A stretch of 64,000 bases of DNA. Origin: Candidatus Marinacidobacterium sp. GTDB taxonomy: Bacteria > Acidobacteriota > Vicinamibacteria > Marinacidobacterales > Marinacidobacteraceae. Location of the stretch: positions 448,001 through 512,000 of the forward strand of contig OZ242011.1 in NCBI GenBank assembly GCA_965204755.1, written 5' to 3'. The notes beneath the pieces were generated by a model. It saw nothing but the letters and a program-made list of their open reading frames with translations, searched no databases and had not been told where the DNA came from. Made by a program: the position numbers and the translations under genes. Below, piece by piece: positions 1 to 9,565 of this stretch (its first letter is position 1; every line of letters starts with the position of its first letter).

Positions 1-1
1 T

Positions 2-1438
2 TTCTCCGCTTCCCTGCTGGCCGCCTTCGTCCTCCCGGCGGCGGGCGCGGCGCTGCCCGCCGCGGCGGAAGACGACGCCGCCCACGCCGTCATCGGCGAG
101 TTCCTCGGCGCGCAACGCTCGGACTTCGAGGAAGTGGCGCTCAGCATCTGGGAGTGGGCCGAGGTCGGCTACCAGGAGGAGAAGAGTTCCGGCCTCCTGC
201 AGGAGCAACTGCGGGCCGCCGGGTTCGAGGTCGAGGCCGGGGTCGCCGGGATGCCGACCGCGTTCGTCGCCGAGTGGGGTTCCGGCGGGCCGGTGATCGG
301 GATCCTCGCCGAATACGACGCCCTGCCGGGGATCAGCCAGACAGCGGCCCCCCGGCCGGAAGAGCGCGAAGGGGTCGGCGCGGGCCATGCCTGCGGCCAC
401 CACCTCTTCGGAACGGCCTCGGTGGCCGCCGGGCTGGCCGTGAAGGACTGGCTGGCGCGCAGCGGGGCCGAGGGGCGCGTCCGCGTGTACGGCACGCCGG
501 CGGAGGAAGGCGGCGCCGGCAAGGTGTACCTGGTGCGGGCGGGGCTGTTCGCCGATGTGGACGCCGTCCTCGCCTGGCACCCGGGGGACCGGAACGACGC
601 GAGCCCGGGGGACTCGCTCGCCAACCTCTCCGCCAAGTTCCGGTTCCGGGGCGTCTCCGCGCACGCCGCCGGGGCGCCCGACCAGGGGCGGTCGGCGCTC
701 GACGGCGTGGAGGGCATGAACTTCCTGGTGAACCTGATGCGGGAGCATGTCCACGAACGCAGCCGCATCCACTATGTGATCACCCGGGGCGGCGAAGCGC
801 CGAATGTGGTGCCGAACTTCGCCGAGGTCTATTACTACGCCCGCCATCCGTCGGTCGAGACCGCCCGGTCGAACTGGGAGCGCATCCTGGAGGCGGCGGA
901 GGGCGCGGCGCTGGGCACCGGCACCGAAGTCAGCCACGAGATGATCCACGGGATCTACAACCTGCTGCCGAACGAGACGATCGGGCGGCTGCTCCACGCG
1001 AACCTGACCGCGATCGGGGGCTTCGCCTACACCGAGGAGGAGCGCGCGTTCGCCGAGGAGATCCAGACCAGTCTGGCCCGCCCCCGGCCGATCGGCTCCC
1101 AGGAGGGCGTGTCGGAGTGGAAGCGCACGCCCGCCGGAGGCTCGACCGATGTGGCGGATGTGAGTTGGGTGGCGCCGACCGCGCAGTTCCGCACCGCCAC
1201 CTGGGTGCCCGGCACGCCCGCCCACAGTTGGCAGGCGGTGGCCGCCGGGGGCAGCAGCATCGGGCTCAAGGGGATGCACCTGGCGGCGGAGGTGCTCGCC
1301 CGGACGGCCGCGGACCTGATGCGCGACCCGGAGACGCTGGCCGCGGCGCAGGCGGAACTCGAGGAGGCGCGGGGGCCGGACTTCGTTTACGAGCCGCTGC
1401 TCGGGGACCGTCCGCCGCCGCTGGACTACCGGCGGTAG
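2..1438 (+). CDS. M20 amidohydrolase (AbgB-like), 5' end beyond window, signal-peptide-like N-terminus
   Basis: Frame is open from position 2 (FSASLLAAFVLPAAGAALPAAA-EDD). Motifs AEYDALPG, GHACGH, GTPAEEG, GGSTDV and HSWQ are typical of AbgB/M20D. Confidence 0.85.
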   Translation, partial: FSASLLAAFVLPAAGAALPAAAEDDAAHAVIGEFLGAQRSDFEEVALSIWEWAEVGYQEEKSSGLLQEQLRAAGFEVEAGVAGMPTAFVAEWGSGGPVIGILAEYDALPGISQTAAPRPEEREGVGAGHACGHHLFGTASVAAGLAVKDWLARSGAEGRVRVYGTPAEEGGAGKVYLVRAGLFADVDAVLAWHPGDRNDASPGDSLANLSAKFRFRGVSAHAAGAPDQGRSALDGVEGMNFLVNLMREHVHERSRIHYVITRGGEAPNVVPNFAEVYYYARHPSVETARSNWERILEAAEGAALGTGTEVSHEMIHGIYNLLPNETIGRLLHANLTAIGGFAYTEEERAFAEEIQTSLARPRPIGSQEGVSEWKRTPAGGSTDVADVSWVAPTAQFRTATWVPGTPAHSWQAVAAGGSSIGLKGMHLAAEVLARTAADLMRDPETLAAAQAELEEARGPDFVYEPLLGDRPPPLDYRR

Positions 1439-1564
1439 TGCGGCCCCGCCCTTTCCCGGCGCGGGGGGAGGCGCCCGACGGCGGAACCGGCCCTCCCGGC
1501 GTCCCCCCGCGCGGGGCGGATACACTCGCCCCCCACCCTCTCTCCCCGCCCGGAGGAACGCTCC

Positions 1565-2947
1565 ATGTCCTCGACGCCGCTCTCCCGCCGTCCGTTCCGT
1601 CTCGCCGCACTGCTCGCGCTGTTCGGCGCCGTCGGTCTCGCCGCCGGCGCCTCCGCCCAGGGCGGCCTTCGCCTGGCCCTCACCGGCGACTCGATCATCA
1701 CCCGCAAGTTGAGCGTGTACCAGGAGCCGCAGTTCCTGGAACTCATCGATCTCCTGCGGGACGCCGACCTCGCCTTCACCAATGTGGAGGTGCTGTTCCA
1801 CGACTACGAGTCGTACCCGATGAGTTCGAGCGGCGGCACCTACATGCGCGCCCAGCCGGAGTTGGTCTCCGAACTCGCGTGGGCCGGGATAGACCTCGGG
1901 TCGCTGGCGAACAACCACTCCGGCGACTTCGGGCCGCCGGCGATGCTGATGACGCAGAAATATGTGCGCGAAGCGGGCATCGTCGCCGCCGGCGTGGGCG
2001 GGAGTCTGGCGGAAGCGCGCGCCGCGAAGTTCGTCGAGACCCGCCACGGCCGGGTGGCGCTGATTTCGGTCTCCTCGACCTTCCCGTTCCACTCCATGGC
2101 CGGGAAGTCGCGCGACGACATCCCGCCGCGGCCCGGGCTGAACCCGCTCCGCCACACCACGACCTACCTGGTGACCCGCGAACAACTCGAGGGCGTCCGC
2201 GAAACGATGCGCGGCCTGGGTATGGCCCCGCCGGAGAGCGGCGACTCGCTCTCGTTCCTGCGCCAGCGGTTCGAAGTCGCCGACGCTCCCGGCATCCGGA
2301 CGGAACCGCACGCCGGGGACTTGGCGGAGATCGCCTCCGTCGTGAACAACGCCAGCCGGCTCGCCGATGTGGTGATGGTGACCATCCACGCCCACGAGGG
2401 CGCGGGGAGCCGGTTCGTACCCGCGCAGTTCCTCGAGACTTTCGCCCGGGCGATGGTGGACGCCGGGGCCTCGGTGTTCGTCGGGCACGGACCGCATGTG
2501 CTCCGCGCCATCGAGATCTACAAGGGCGCGCCGATCCTCTACAGCCTCGGGGACTTCGTGTTCCAGAACGAGACGCTGGAGCGGCTGCCCTACGAGAACT
2601 ACCAGCGCTACGGACTGAGTGAAATGGACGGGCTGGCCGACTTCAACGCCGCCCGCTACCAGAACGACACCGTCGGGTTCCCGGCGATTCCGGAGATCTG
2701 GGAGGCGGTGGTCGCCATCCCCGAGTTCCGGGGCAGCCGCCTCGCCAGCCTGACGCTCCACCCGATCACGCTCGGACACGGGAAACCGGTTTCCGTGCGC
2801 GGCCGGCCGATGATGGCCGAAGGCCCGCTCGCCGACAAGATCCTCGACGACCTGGTCCGGTTGTCGGAGCCGTACGGGACGCGGTTCGAACGCCGGGACG
2901 GGATCGCCGCCGTCGTACTCCCGCAGCAGACGACGGACGAGCAGTAG
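1565..2947 (+). CDS. CapA/PgsA-family metallophosphoesterase-like protein, secreted
   Basis: Motifs LTGD, NVE, LANNH, IHAHE, GHGPH and YSLGDF; hydrophobic signal peptide. Confidence 0.85.
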   Translation: MSSTPLSRRPFRLAALLALFGAVGLAAGASAQGGLRLALTGDSIITRKLSVYQEPQFLELIDLLRDADLAFTNVEVLFHDYESYPMSSSGGTYMRAQPELVSELAWAGIDLGSLANNHSGDFGPPAMLMTQKYVREAGIVAAGVGGSLAEARAAKFVETRHGRVALISVSSTFPFHSMAGKSRDDIPPRPGLNPLRHTTTYLVTREQLEGVRETMRGLGMAPPESGDSLSFLRQRFEVADAPGIRTEPHAGDLAEIASVVNNASRLADVVMVTIHAHEGAGSRFVPAQFLETFARAMVDAGASVFVGHGPHVLRAIEIYKGAPILYSLGDFVFQNETLERLPYENYQRYGLSEMDGLADFNAARYQNDTVGFPAIPEIWEAVVAIPEFRGSRLASLTLHPITLGHGKPVSVRGRPMMAEGPLADKILDDLVRLSEPYGTRFERRDGIAAVVLPQQTTDEQ

Positions 2948-2952
2948 CGCCG

Positions 2953-4140
2953 GTGCGTCGCGCGTCCGGCCGGCGGGCCGCCGCGCGGGGCGGGGCGGCG
3001 GCGCTCGCCGGCGCGGTGGTCGGGGCGGCGTTCGCCGCGCCCGGAGCGGTGTCCGGGCAGGAGTCCCGCCCGACTTCCGGCGCTCCGACCGCGGCGGCCG
3101 AACGCCCGTTGCGCGTGGACATCCACGCCCACCCGTCGCGGTTCCACCGCGCCGACGCGCCGCGGATCAGCGACGAGGAGATCGCCCGTTACCTCGACCG
3201 CGGGATGGACGCGGTCGTCGCCACGATCAGCACGGATACCCCGTATCGAGGCGGGTATGTGTTGCGCGACGGGACGCGGATCGAGAGCGGGAACCGCCGC
3301 CCCGATCCCGGCGAACCGTGGGCCTACACGCTCGACCGGTTCGAGCGGCTGTCGCGCACGGTCGCCGAAGCGAACGCGGTGTTCGCGCGGACGCCGGCGG
3401 AGGCGCGCGCGGCGCGGGCGGCGGGTTCGCTCGCGCTCCTGCCCGCGGTGGAAGGGGCCGATTCCCTGGAGGGGGACCTCGACCGGCTGCGCGAACTGCA
3501 CCGGATGGGGCTCGCGCTGCTGCAACTCGTCCACTTCCGGCCGAACGGTCTGGGGCATATCCAGACCTGGCCGTACACGCCCGGCGGCCTCACCGACTTC
3601 GGCCGGGAAGTGGTCCGGGAGTGCAACCGCTTGGGAATCGTCCTGGATCTCGCCCATGCCAACCCGGAGACGATCCGGGACACCCTGGAGATATCCGAAC
3701 ACCCGGTGGTGTTCAGCCATACCGGGTCGTTCGCCCTGGCGGAGCACGACCGGCATCTCCGCGACGCCGAAATCGCGGCGATCGCGGAAGGCGGCGGCGT
3801 CATCGGGATCTGGCCGAACGCCGGCCTCGTTCCGACGGTGGCCGATCTCGCCCGGCATGTGCGGCGGGTGGCGGAGGTCGCCGGCGTCCGCAGCGCCGGT
3901 TTCGGCAGTGACCTGCGCGGGATGTCCGCTTACAGCGAAGGCTTCGGCGACGAAGCGAACTTCGAGGCCGTCGCGGAAGCGCTCGGCGACGCCGGCTTCG
4001 ACGAAAGTGAGGTGGACGCGGTGCTCGGCGGCAATTTCGAGCGCGTGTGGACCGCCGTTACCGCTCATCTTCCCGGGGGCGCGGATCCGCCCCCGGACAG
4101 CGCCGCTCCGTACGGCGGCGAAGGAGGGAATCGTCCATGA
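2953..4140 (+). CDS. Membrane dipeptidase (M19 family)
   Basis: Motifs DIHAH, AVEGAD, GLTDFG..V..CNRLGIVLDLAH, FSH and GFGSD. Confidence 0.85.
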   Translation: MRRASGRRAAARGGAAALAGAVVGAAFAAPGAVSGQESRPTSGAPTAAAERPLRVDIHAHPSRFHRADAPRISDEEIARYLDRGMDAVVATISTDTPYRGGYVLRDGTRIESGNRRPDPGEPWAYTLDRFERLSRTVAEANAVFARTPAEARAARAAGSLALLPAVEGADSLEGDLDRLRELHRMGLALLQLVHFRPNGLGHIQTWPYTPGGLTDFGREVVRECNRLGIVLDLAHANPETIRDTLEISEHPVVFSHTGSFALAEHDRHLRDAEIAAIAEGGGVIGIWPNAGLVPTVADLARHVRRVAEVAGVRSAGFGSDLRGMSAYSEGFGDEANFEAVAEALGDAGFDESEVDAVLGGNFERVWTAVTAHLPGGADPPPDSAAPYGGEGGNRP

Positions 4141-5351
4141 CCCGTAGGGATTCCGTGACCCCGCCCCCACCGGGCCGCGCGCCCGCGGCGCCGCGCCCGC
4201 TCCGGCAATCGTCCTCCCCGGGGACAGCGCGCGTTTCGACCCGCCGACGCTTCGCGCGGCTGTCCGTTTGCGGCGGGTTCGCCGGCCTGCTCGGCGCCGC
4301 GTGCTCCTCGCCGGACCCCGCGGCGCTGCGGGACGAGCGGTTCCGCGAGATCGTCGCCGCCGCCCGCGACGCGGCCGGCAGTCCGGGTCTCTCCGCGGCG
4401 GTCGCCGTCGGGGGCGAGATCGTCTGGAGCGGCGCCTCCGGCCTCGCCGATGTGGAGAACGCGGTCCCGGCGACGGCGGACAGCGTGTACCGGATCGCCT
4501 CGATCTCGAAACCCATCGCCGCCACCGCGGTCATGCATCTCGCCGAACAGGGCGTCCTCGACATCGAAGCGTCCGTCCGGGAGTACTTCCCGGCCTTTCC
4601 CGAAAAGGGACACCCGGTGACGGTGCGCCAACTCATGAACCACACCTCCGGCATCCGCCACTACGAACCGGGCGAGTTCGACATGAAGGAGCACTTCGAC
4701 ACCGTCGAAGCCGGGACGGTGATCTTCCGCGACGATCCCCTGCTGTTCGAACCCGGCGCGCAATACAGTTATTCCACCTACGCCTACAACCTGTTGGCCG
4801 GGGTGGTGGAATCGGTCTCCGGACAGTCCTTCGACGACTACCTGCAGCAGAACATCTGGGGCCCGGCCGGCATGGAGACGACCTACCTCGAACACCAGGG
4901 CGACATCGTGCCGCACCGCGTCCGCCAGTATGTGAAGTCCGAGGAGCCGCCCCTGGTGCGGAACGCCCCCTTCGCCGACCTCTCCATCAAGTGGGCCGGC
5001 GGCGGCATGATCGCCACCGCCCCCGACCTCGTCCGCTTCGCGCTCGCGCTGGACGCGGAAACCATCCTCTCCACCGCGACCCAGGGCCGGATGACCACCC
5101 CGACCGAGTTGGCCGACGGCTCGCTGAGCCCGTACGGCCTCGGCTGGCGGGTGGAAGAAGATGAAGTGGGCCTCTGGGTCGCCCACTCCGGAGGCGCCAC
5201 CGGCGGCACCACCCACCTCCTCCGCCTCCCCGAACGCGGCCTCGCCGTCGCGCTCACCGCCAATGTCCAGAGCGGCGAAGGCCTCCCCGACGCCGCCCGC
5301 CGCCTCGCCGACGCCGCCCTCGCCACCGCCGCCGAACTCACCACCCGGTAA
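4137..5351 (+). CDS. Serine hydrolase, beta-lactamase/PBP-like family; probable Tat lipoprotein
   Basis: SISK (SxxK), LMNHTSG, YSYST and HSGG motifs. TRRRF plus LGAAC lipobox. ATGA overlap with the upstream stop. Confidence 0.85.
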   Translation: MTRRDSVTPPPPGRAPAAPRPLRQSSSPGTARVSTRRRFARLSVCGGFAGLLGAACSSPDPAALRDERFREIVAAARDAAGSPGLSAAVAVGGEIVWSGASGLADVENAVPATADSVYRIASISKPIAATAVMHLAEQGVLDIEASVREYFPAFPEKGHPVTVRQLMNHTSGIRHYEPGEFDMKEHFDTVEAGTVIFRDDPLLFEPGAQYSYSTYAYNLLAGVVESVSGQSFDDYLQQNIWGPAGMETTYLEHQGDIVPHRVRQYVKSEEPPLVRNAPFADLSIKWAGGGMIATAPDLVRFALALDAETILSTATQGRMTTPTELADGSLSPYGLGWRVEEDEVGLWVAHSGGATGGTTHLLRLPERGLAVALTANVQSGEGLPDAARRLADAALATAAELTTR

Positions 5352-5378
5352 CCGCCGCCCCCCGCCCTCCCCCGCCCC

Positions 5379-6644
5379 ATGCTCGAACGCCTCACCGTCC
5401 GCGGCTTCAAGTCGCTGCGGGATGTGACTTTCGAGCCCGGCGAACACCTGACCGTCCTCTTCGGCGCGAACGCCGCCGGAAAAACGAACTTGGTCGAGTC
5501 CATCGCCGCCCTCGCGGCCCTCGCGACCGGAGCCGACCTCCACGACGCCCTCGACCGCCCGTTCCCCGTCCGCGGCAATCCCGCCGAGGTGTTCGCCTTC
5601 CCGCCGCCCGGACTCTCGGCGCTGTTGGAGACGGAAGGCCCGGATCCGGTCCTGTCGATCGAGGCCGACTTGGCAACCGAACGCGGCTCGTACCGGTACC
5701 GCATCGCGCCCGGTCTCACGCGTCCGTCCGGCCACCTCTTCGTCGCCGACGAATACCTGGTCCGGACGGGGACGGAAAACGAGTCCGGGCCACTGATCGA
5801 GCACGCGGACGAACGACTCCGCATTCGCGGCGACGGTCGGCAGGTGGAGGCGCAGTACGAGCCACTCCGCCAAAACCACTCGATGCTGTCCTCCGATCGC
5901 TTCCGCGGTCCCGGATACGAGCGACTCGACGCCGTTCGTCGCGAATTCCGGAATTGGCGCTCCTGCGCCCTGGAGCCGCGGTTCCAGATGCGGAGCCTCC
6001 AATTCCCCGCCGATGTGAAGGACATCGGCCCGCACGGTCAACACCTGGCTTCCTTTCTCCACAAATTACAGACTGCGGCGCCCGAGCACTTCGAGTCGTT
6101 GATTCTCAAGATGCGGGTTCTCGTGCCCGCCGTCGAGGGCCTGCGCATCCATAGGGAACCGATTCGAGGCGCCCTCGACATCATGGTCAGCGAAGGCGGC
6201 GTCGAATACCCGACCGCGCTCGTGTCGGAGGGAACGCTGCGGGCGCTCGCCCTGTGCGCCATCGCCGTGAATCCTTGGCGGGAGGGCGGCCTCCTCACCA
6301 TGGAGGAGCCGGAAAACGGCGTCCATCGGCGCCACCTCGACCTCTTGGCCCGGCTGCTGCTCTCCCTGGGTCAGGACGGCCGGCGCCAGGTCATCGTCAC
6401 CACGCACTCTCCACGATTCGTCGAGACCGTGCTGAAGATGAAGCGCGACAGCGAACAGCCGGACGGAATACGCCTGTTCCAAGTTCGGCGCGCGAACCCC
6501 GGGAACGGCAGCGGCGCCAGCGTCGAGCCCTTCGAGATCCCTCCCGCGCTCCTCGATGATCCCGAACTCACCCGCGCCCTCGCCGACCGCGGCGACGACG
6601 GGCTGTTCGAGGGCCTGCTCCTGCGCGGGTACCTGGATGGCTGA
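5379..6644 (+). CDS. ABC-type/AAA_21 ATPase (defence-associated), copy 1
   Basis: N-terminal GFKSL, Walker A GANAAGKTN, signature SEGTLR, Walker B MEEPENG, TTHS H-loop. Confidence 0.85.
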   Translation: MLERLTVRGFKSLRDVTFEPGEHLTVLFGANAAGKTNLVESIAALAALATGADLHDALDRPFPVRGNPAEVFAFPPPGLSALLETEGPDPVLSIEADLATERGSYRYRIAPGLTRPSGHLFVADEYLVRTGTENESGPLIEHADERLRIRGDGRQVEAQYEPLRQNHSMLSSDRFRGPGYERLDAVRREFRNWRSCALEPRFQMRSLQFPADVKDIGPHGQHLASFLHKLQTAAPEHFESLILKMRVLVPAVEGLRIHREPIRGALDIMVSEGGVEYPTALVSEGTLRALALCAIAVNPWREGGLLTMEEPENGVHRRHLDLLARLLLSLGQDGRRQVIVTTHSPRFVETVLKMKRDSEQPDGIRLFQVRRANPGNGSGASVEPFEIPPALLDDPELTRALADRGDDGLFEGLLLRGYLDG

Positions 6645-7286
6645 GGAAGTCTTCGCCGTCCTGCTCGCCGAAGACCGCGCCCATGAACTGTTCCTGAAGC
6701 CCCTGCTTCGCCGACTCGCCGAAGAAAGCGGCGCAACGATGGAGATCCGCGTTATCTCCGCGCGGGGCGGTCACGGCGTCGCGCTTGGTGAGTACCGGAC
6801 CTACCAACGCGCCCGATCCATCCTGTTCGCCGGTGATCCGGTCCCCGACCTCGTCGTCGTAGCACTCGACGGCAACTGCTCGTCCTTCGCCGAGACGCGA
6901 GCGAGCATCGAAGATGCCACCGACGACACGCTGCGGACCCGCCTGGTCACCGCCTGCCCCGATCCCCACATCGAACGCTGGTACCTCGCTGATCCCGCGG
7001 CCCTGAAACGGCTCGTCGGAAAGGCGCCGACCCTCGGGGCGACGAAATGCGAACGCCACTACTACAAGCGACTACTACAAGCGACTACTACAAGCGACTC
7101 CTCGCCGAGACGCTGCGCGGAGGACGCTATCCCGCCGTGCGGTACGACGACACCGAGTTCGCTCCCCGGATCGTCGAAGAAATGGACCTGCACCGCGCCG
7201 GCAGGAACGACCACTCGCTGAGAGCCTTCCTTCGCCAAACCGCGGACCGGCTCCGGCAGATCGTCGGCGTACGCTCCCGGGACTGA
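6637..7286 (+). pseudogene. DUF4276/TOPRIM-like partner protein, frameshifted by a 13-bp tandem repeat
   Basis: The N-part (AEDRAHE..LDGN..ACPDPHIERW) and C-part (LHRAGRNDHSLRAF) lie in different frames and both align to intact paralog 8874-9509. Removing 26 bp gives a 207-aa ORF. Confidence 0.8.
7058..7099. repeat. Tandem repeat ACTACTACAAGCG x3 (+ACT)
   Basis: Exact 13-bp units at 7058, 7071 and 7084. Confidence 0.95.
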
Positions 7287-7320
7287 GGGTCGCCGCATCC
7301 CGCGTATCCGGATCGCCGCG

Positions 7321-7600
7321 CCGGAGGGTATGGAGACCACCTCCCCTCGAACATCGAGGAGACATCGCGACGAAACGCGCCCGACAGCATGGGAACTCCC
7401 CGGCATCCGCCGCCGGTGCGGAACATGACCTTGCCCACCTCTCCGTCGCGGGTGTCGGGGACGGTATGATCGTCGCCGTGCTCGATCTCATGCGCTTCGC
7501 GGTGGCGCCGGGCGCCGAAACGATCCCCGCCGCCGCCGCCGCTGCCCGCTGCCTTGCCGGAGACACCCTCGCCTCGGCCGCCGAAGGCTCCGCCCGGTAG
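7321..7600 (+). pseudogene. Degenerate remnant of the 3' end of the serine hydrolase gene (duplication scar)
   Basis: Aligns by eye to about 4863-5070 and 5290-5351, e.g. atggagaccacctcccctcgaacatcg vs atggagacgacctacctcgaacacca; ends cccggtag vs cccggtaa. Confidence 0.8.
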
Positions 7601-7624
7601 CCGCGCCGCCAACCTCCTCGCGCC

Positions 7625-8881
7625 TTGCTCGAACGCCTCACGGTCCGCGGCTTCAAGTCGCTGCGCGATGTCACCTTCGAGCCGGCGGCCGGCCTGTCCG
7701 TGCTCTTCGGTCCCAACGCGGCGGGAAAGAGCAACCTGCTCGAAGCCATCCAGGCGCTCTCCGCCATGGCGGAGTCCCGCACGCTCCGGGATGTCCTCGG
7801 GCCTCCACTCCCGGTACGCGGGCATACCATCGAATCCTTCGCCTTCCCGCCCGGCGCGATCCCCGCCCTCTTCAACGACAACGGCCCCGGCCCGGTCCTG
7901 ACCCTGGAAGCCGACCTCGTGTCCGCGGCCGGCGCCTATCGCTATCGAATATCCCCCCGGCTGCACCCGGCCTCCGGCCGCCTCGGCGTCGCGGACGAGT
8001 ACCTCGGCAAGAGACCGGCAAAGGGGCGAGCGCTTCGGCCGGCCATCGAGGCCCGGGACGGCCGACTCCATATTCGCCGCAACGGCCGCCTGACCCACCC
8101 TCCACGAAACGGTCTCGAGTCGAACCGCGCCGTTCTCTCCGACCACGGTCTTTCTGGCGCCGGGTACGAGTGGTTGGACGCCGTCCGGAACGAACTCGCG
8201 GATTGGCGCATCTACTCGCTCGCTCCGCGTTTCCGGATGCGCAACGAGCAGTCAATCGCAGATGTCGTCGACATCGGACACTTCGGTGAAGATATCTGTC
8301 CGTTCCTGTACAAACTCCGCGGCCTGTTCCCCAAACACTACGAACAGGTCTCCCGCCTGCTCCACCAGTGCGTTCCGGAAATCGAGAGACTGGATATCCT
8401 GGTGAACGAAGTTCGCGGGACGCTCGACTTGACCGTCTTCCAATCCGGTATCCGGTATTTCTCCCGGGTCATGTCGGAAGGGACGCTCCGCGCCATCGCC
8501 TACTGCGCCATCGCGGTGAATCCTTGGGCAAGCGGCGGTCTCGTCGCGGTGGAAGAGCCCGAGAATGGCATCCACCCCCAGCGTCTGGAAATGATCGCCC
8601 GCCTCCTTCTCTCCCTCGCGGAAAAAGGCGGAAAACAGGTCATCGTCGCCACGCACTCGCCGCTGTTCGTCAGCACGATCGCGGCGGCCAAGAGACGATC
8701 CCGCGATCCGGACGGAATCGGTCTGTTCCAAGTGCGTTTCGAAGACGAACAGACCGTCATCGAATCCATCGAGATTCCCGATTCCGTGTTCGAGAACGAA
8801 GAGGTCGCCTCTTCGCTCTCCGACCGCGGGGAGCAGAGCGTGGTCGAGGGCCTGCTCCTTCGCGGGATGTTGAGTGCCTGA
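7625..8881 (+). CDS. ABC-type/AAA_21 ATPase, copy 2 (TTG start)
   Basis: GPNAAGKSN, SEGTLR, VEEPENG, ATHS. N-terminus identical to copy 1 (MLERLTVRGFKSLRDVTFEP). Confidence 0.85.
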   Translation: MLERLTVRGFKSLRDVTFEPAAGLSVLFGPNAAGKSNLLEAIQALSAMAESRTLRDVLGPPLPVRGHTIESFAFPPGAIPALFNDNGPGPVLTLEADLVSAAGAYRYRISPRLHPASGRLGVADEYLGKRPAKGRALRPAIEARDGRLHIRRNGRLTHPPRNGLESNRAVLSDHGLSGAGYEWLDAVRNELADWRIYSLAPRFRMRNEQSIADVVDIGHFGEDICPFLYKLRGLFPKHYEQVSRLLHQCVPEIERLDILVNEVRGTLDLTVFQSGIRYFSRVMSEGTLRAIAYCAIAVNPWASGGLVAVEEPENGIHPQRLEMIARLLLSLAEKGGKQVIVATHSPLFVSTIAAAKRRSRDPDGIGLFQVRFEDEQTVIESIEIPDSVFENEEVASSLSDRGEQSVVEGLLLRGMLSA

Positions 8882-9509
8882 CGGCTTTCGCGTCGCCCTC
8901 TTCGCGGAGGACGCGGCGCACCGGGCCTTCCTGGAGCCGATGTTGCGCCGCGTCGCCGCCGAAGAGTCGGTGTCCGTGCGGATCGCCATCATATCCGCGT
9001 TGGGTGGTCACCCGAGAGCGATGAGGGAGTTCGGGGCTTGGCATACGAATTGGACCGAGCGCCGAACTTCCGCGACCGAGGCGGACATCGTCGTGGTTGC
9101 CATAGACGGGAACTGTTCGACCTTCCGGGAGACTCGGGAGCGCATCAGGAACGCGGCATCGGCGGAGATCCGGGACCGGGTCGTCGCCGCCTGCCCTGAT
9201 CCGCACATCGAGAGATGGTTCATGGCCGATCCTGCTTCCTTCGCTCGCGTCGTCGGCGCCAGCCCCGTACTGGGTCCCGAGAAGTGCGAACGGGAGCATT
9301 ACAAGACGATCCTGTCCCGCGCGGTCAGCGGCGCCGGCTCGAGCCTGCGCCTGGACCTGGACGGCGCCGAGTTGGCGCCGGATCTCGCCGGGGACATGAG
9401 TCTGTATCGCGCCGGCAAGAACTGCCCGTCCCTCGGGGCGTTCGTCCGGGACTTGCGCAACCTGCTGAAACGGCTCGCGGCGCAGTCCCCGACGGGTCGA
9501 GGCGCGTAG
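8874..9509 (+). CDS. DUF4276/TOPRIM-like protein, partner of the ATPase
   Basis: AED..H..FL, IDGN and ACPDPHIERW motifs; 8-nt overlap with the ATPase stop. Confidence 0.7.
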   Translation: MPDGFRVALFAEDAAHRAFLEPMLRRVAAEESVSVRIAIISALGGHPRAMREFGAWHTNWTERRTSATEADIVVVAIDGNCSTFRETRERIRNAASAEIRDRVVAACPDPHIERWFMADPASFARVVGASPVLGPEKCEREHYKTILSRAVSGAGSSLRLDLDGAELAPDLAGDMSLYRAGKNCPSLGAFVRDLRNLLKRLAAQSPTGRGA

Positions 9510-9565
9510 CGAACGCGCCCCCGACCGGCCGGCGCGCGGGGGAGCGCTGGCCGGCGGGATTCAGG

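Noticed and set aside
7058-7099. 13-bp repeat as a CRISPR or iteron array
   Set aside because: Head-to-tail copies without spacers, inside a coding region.
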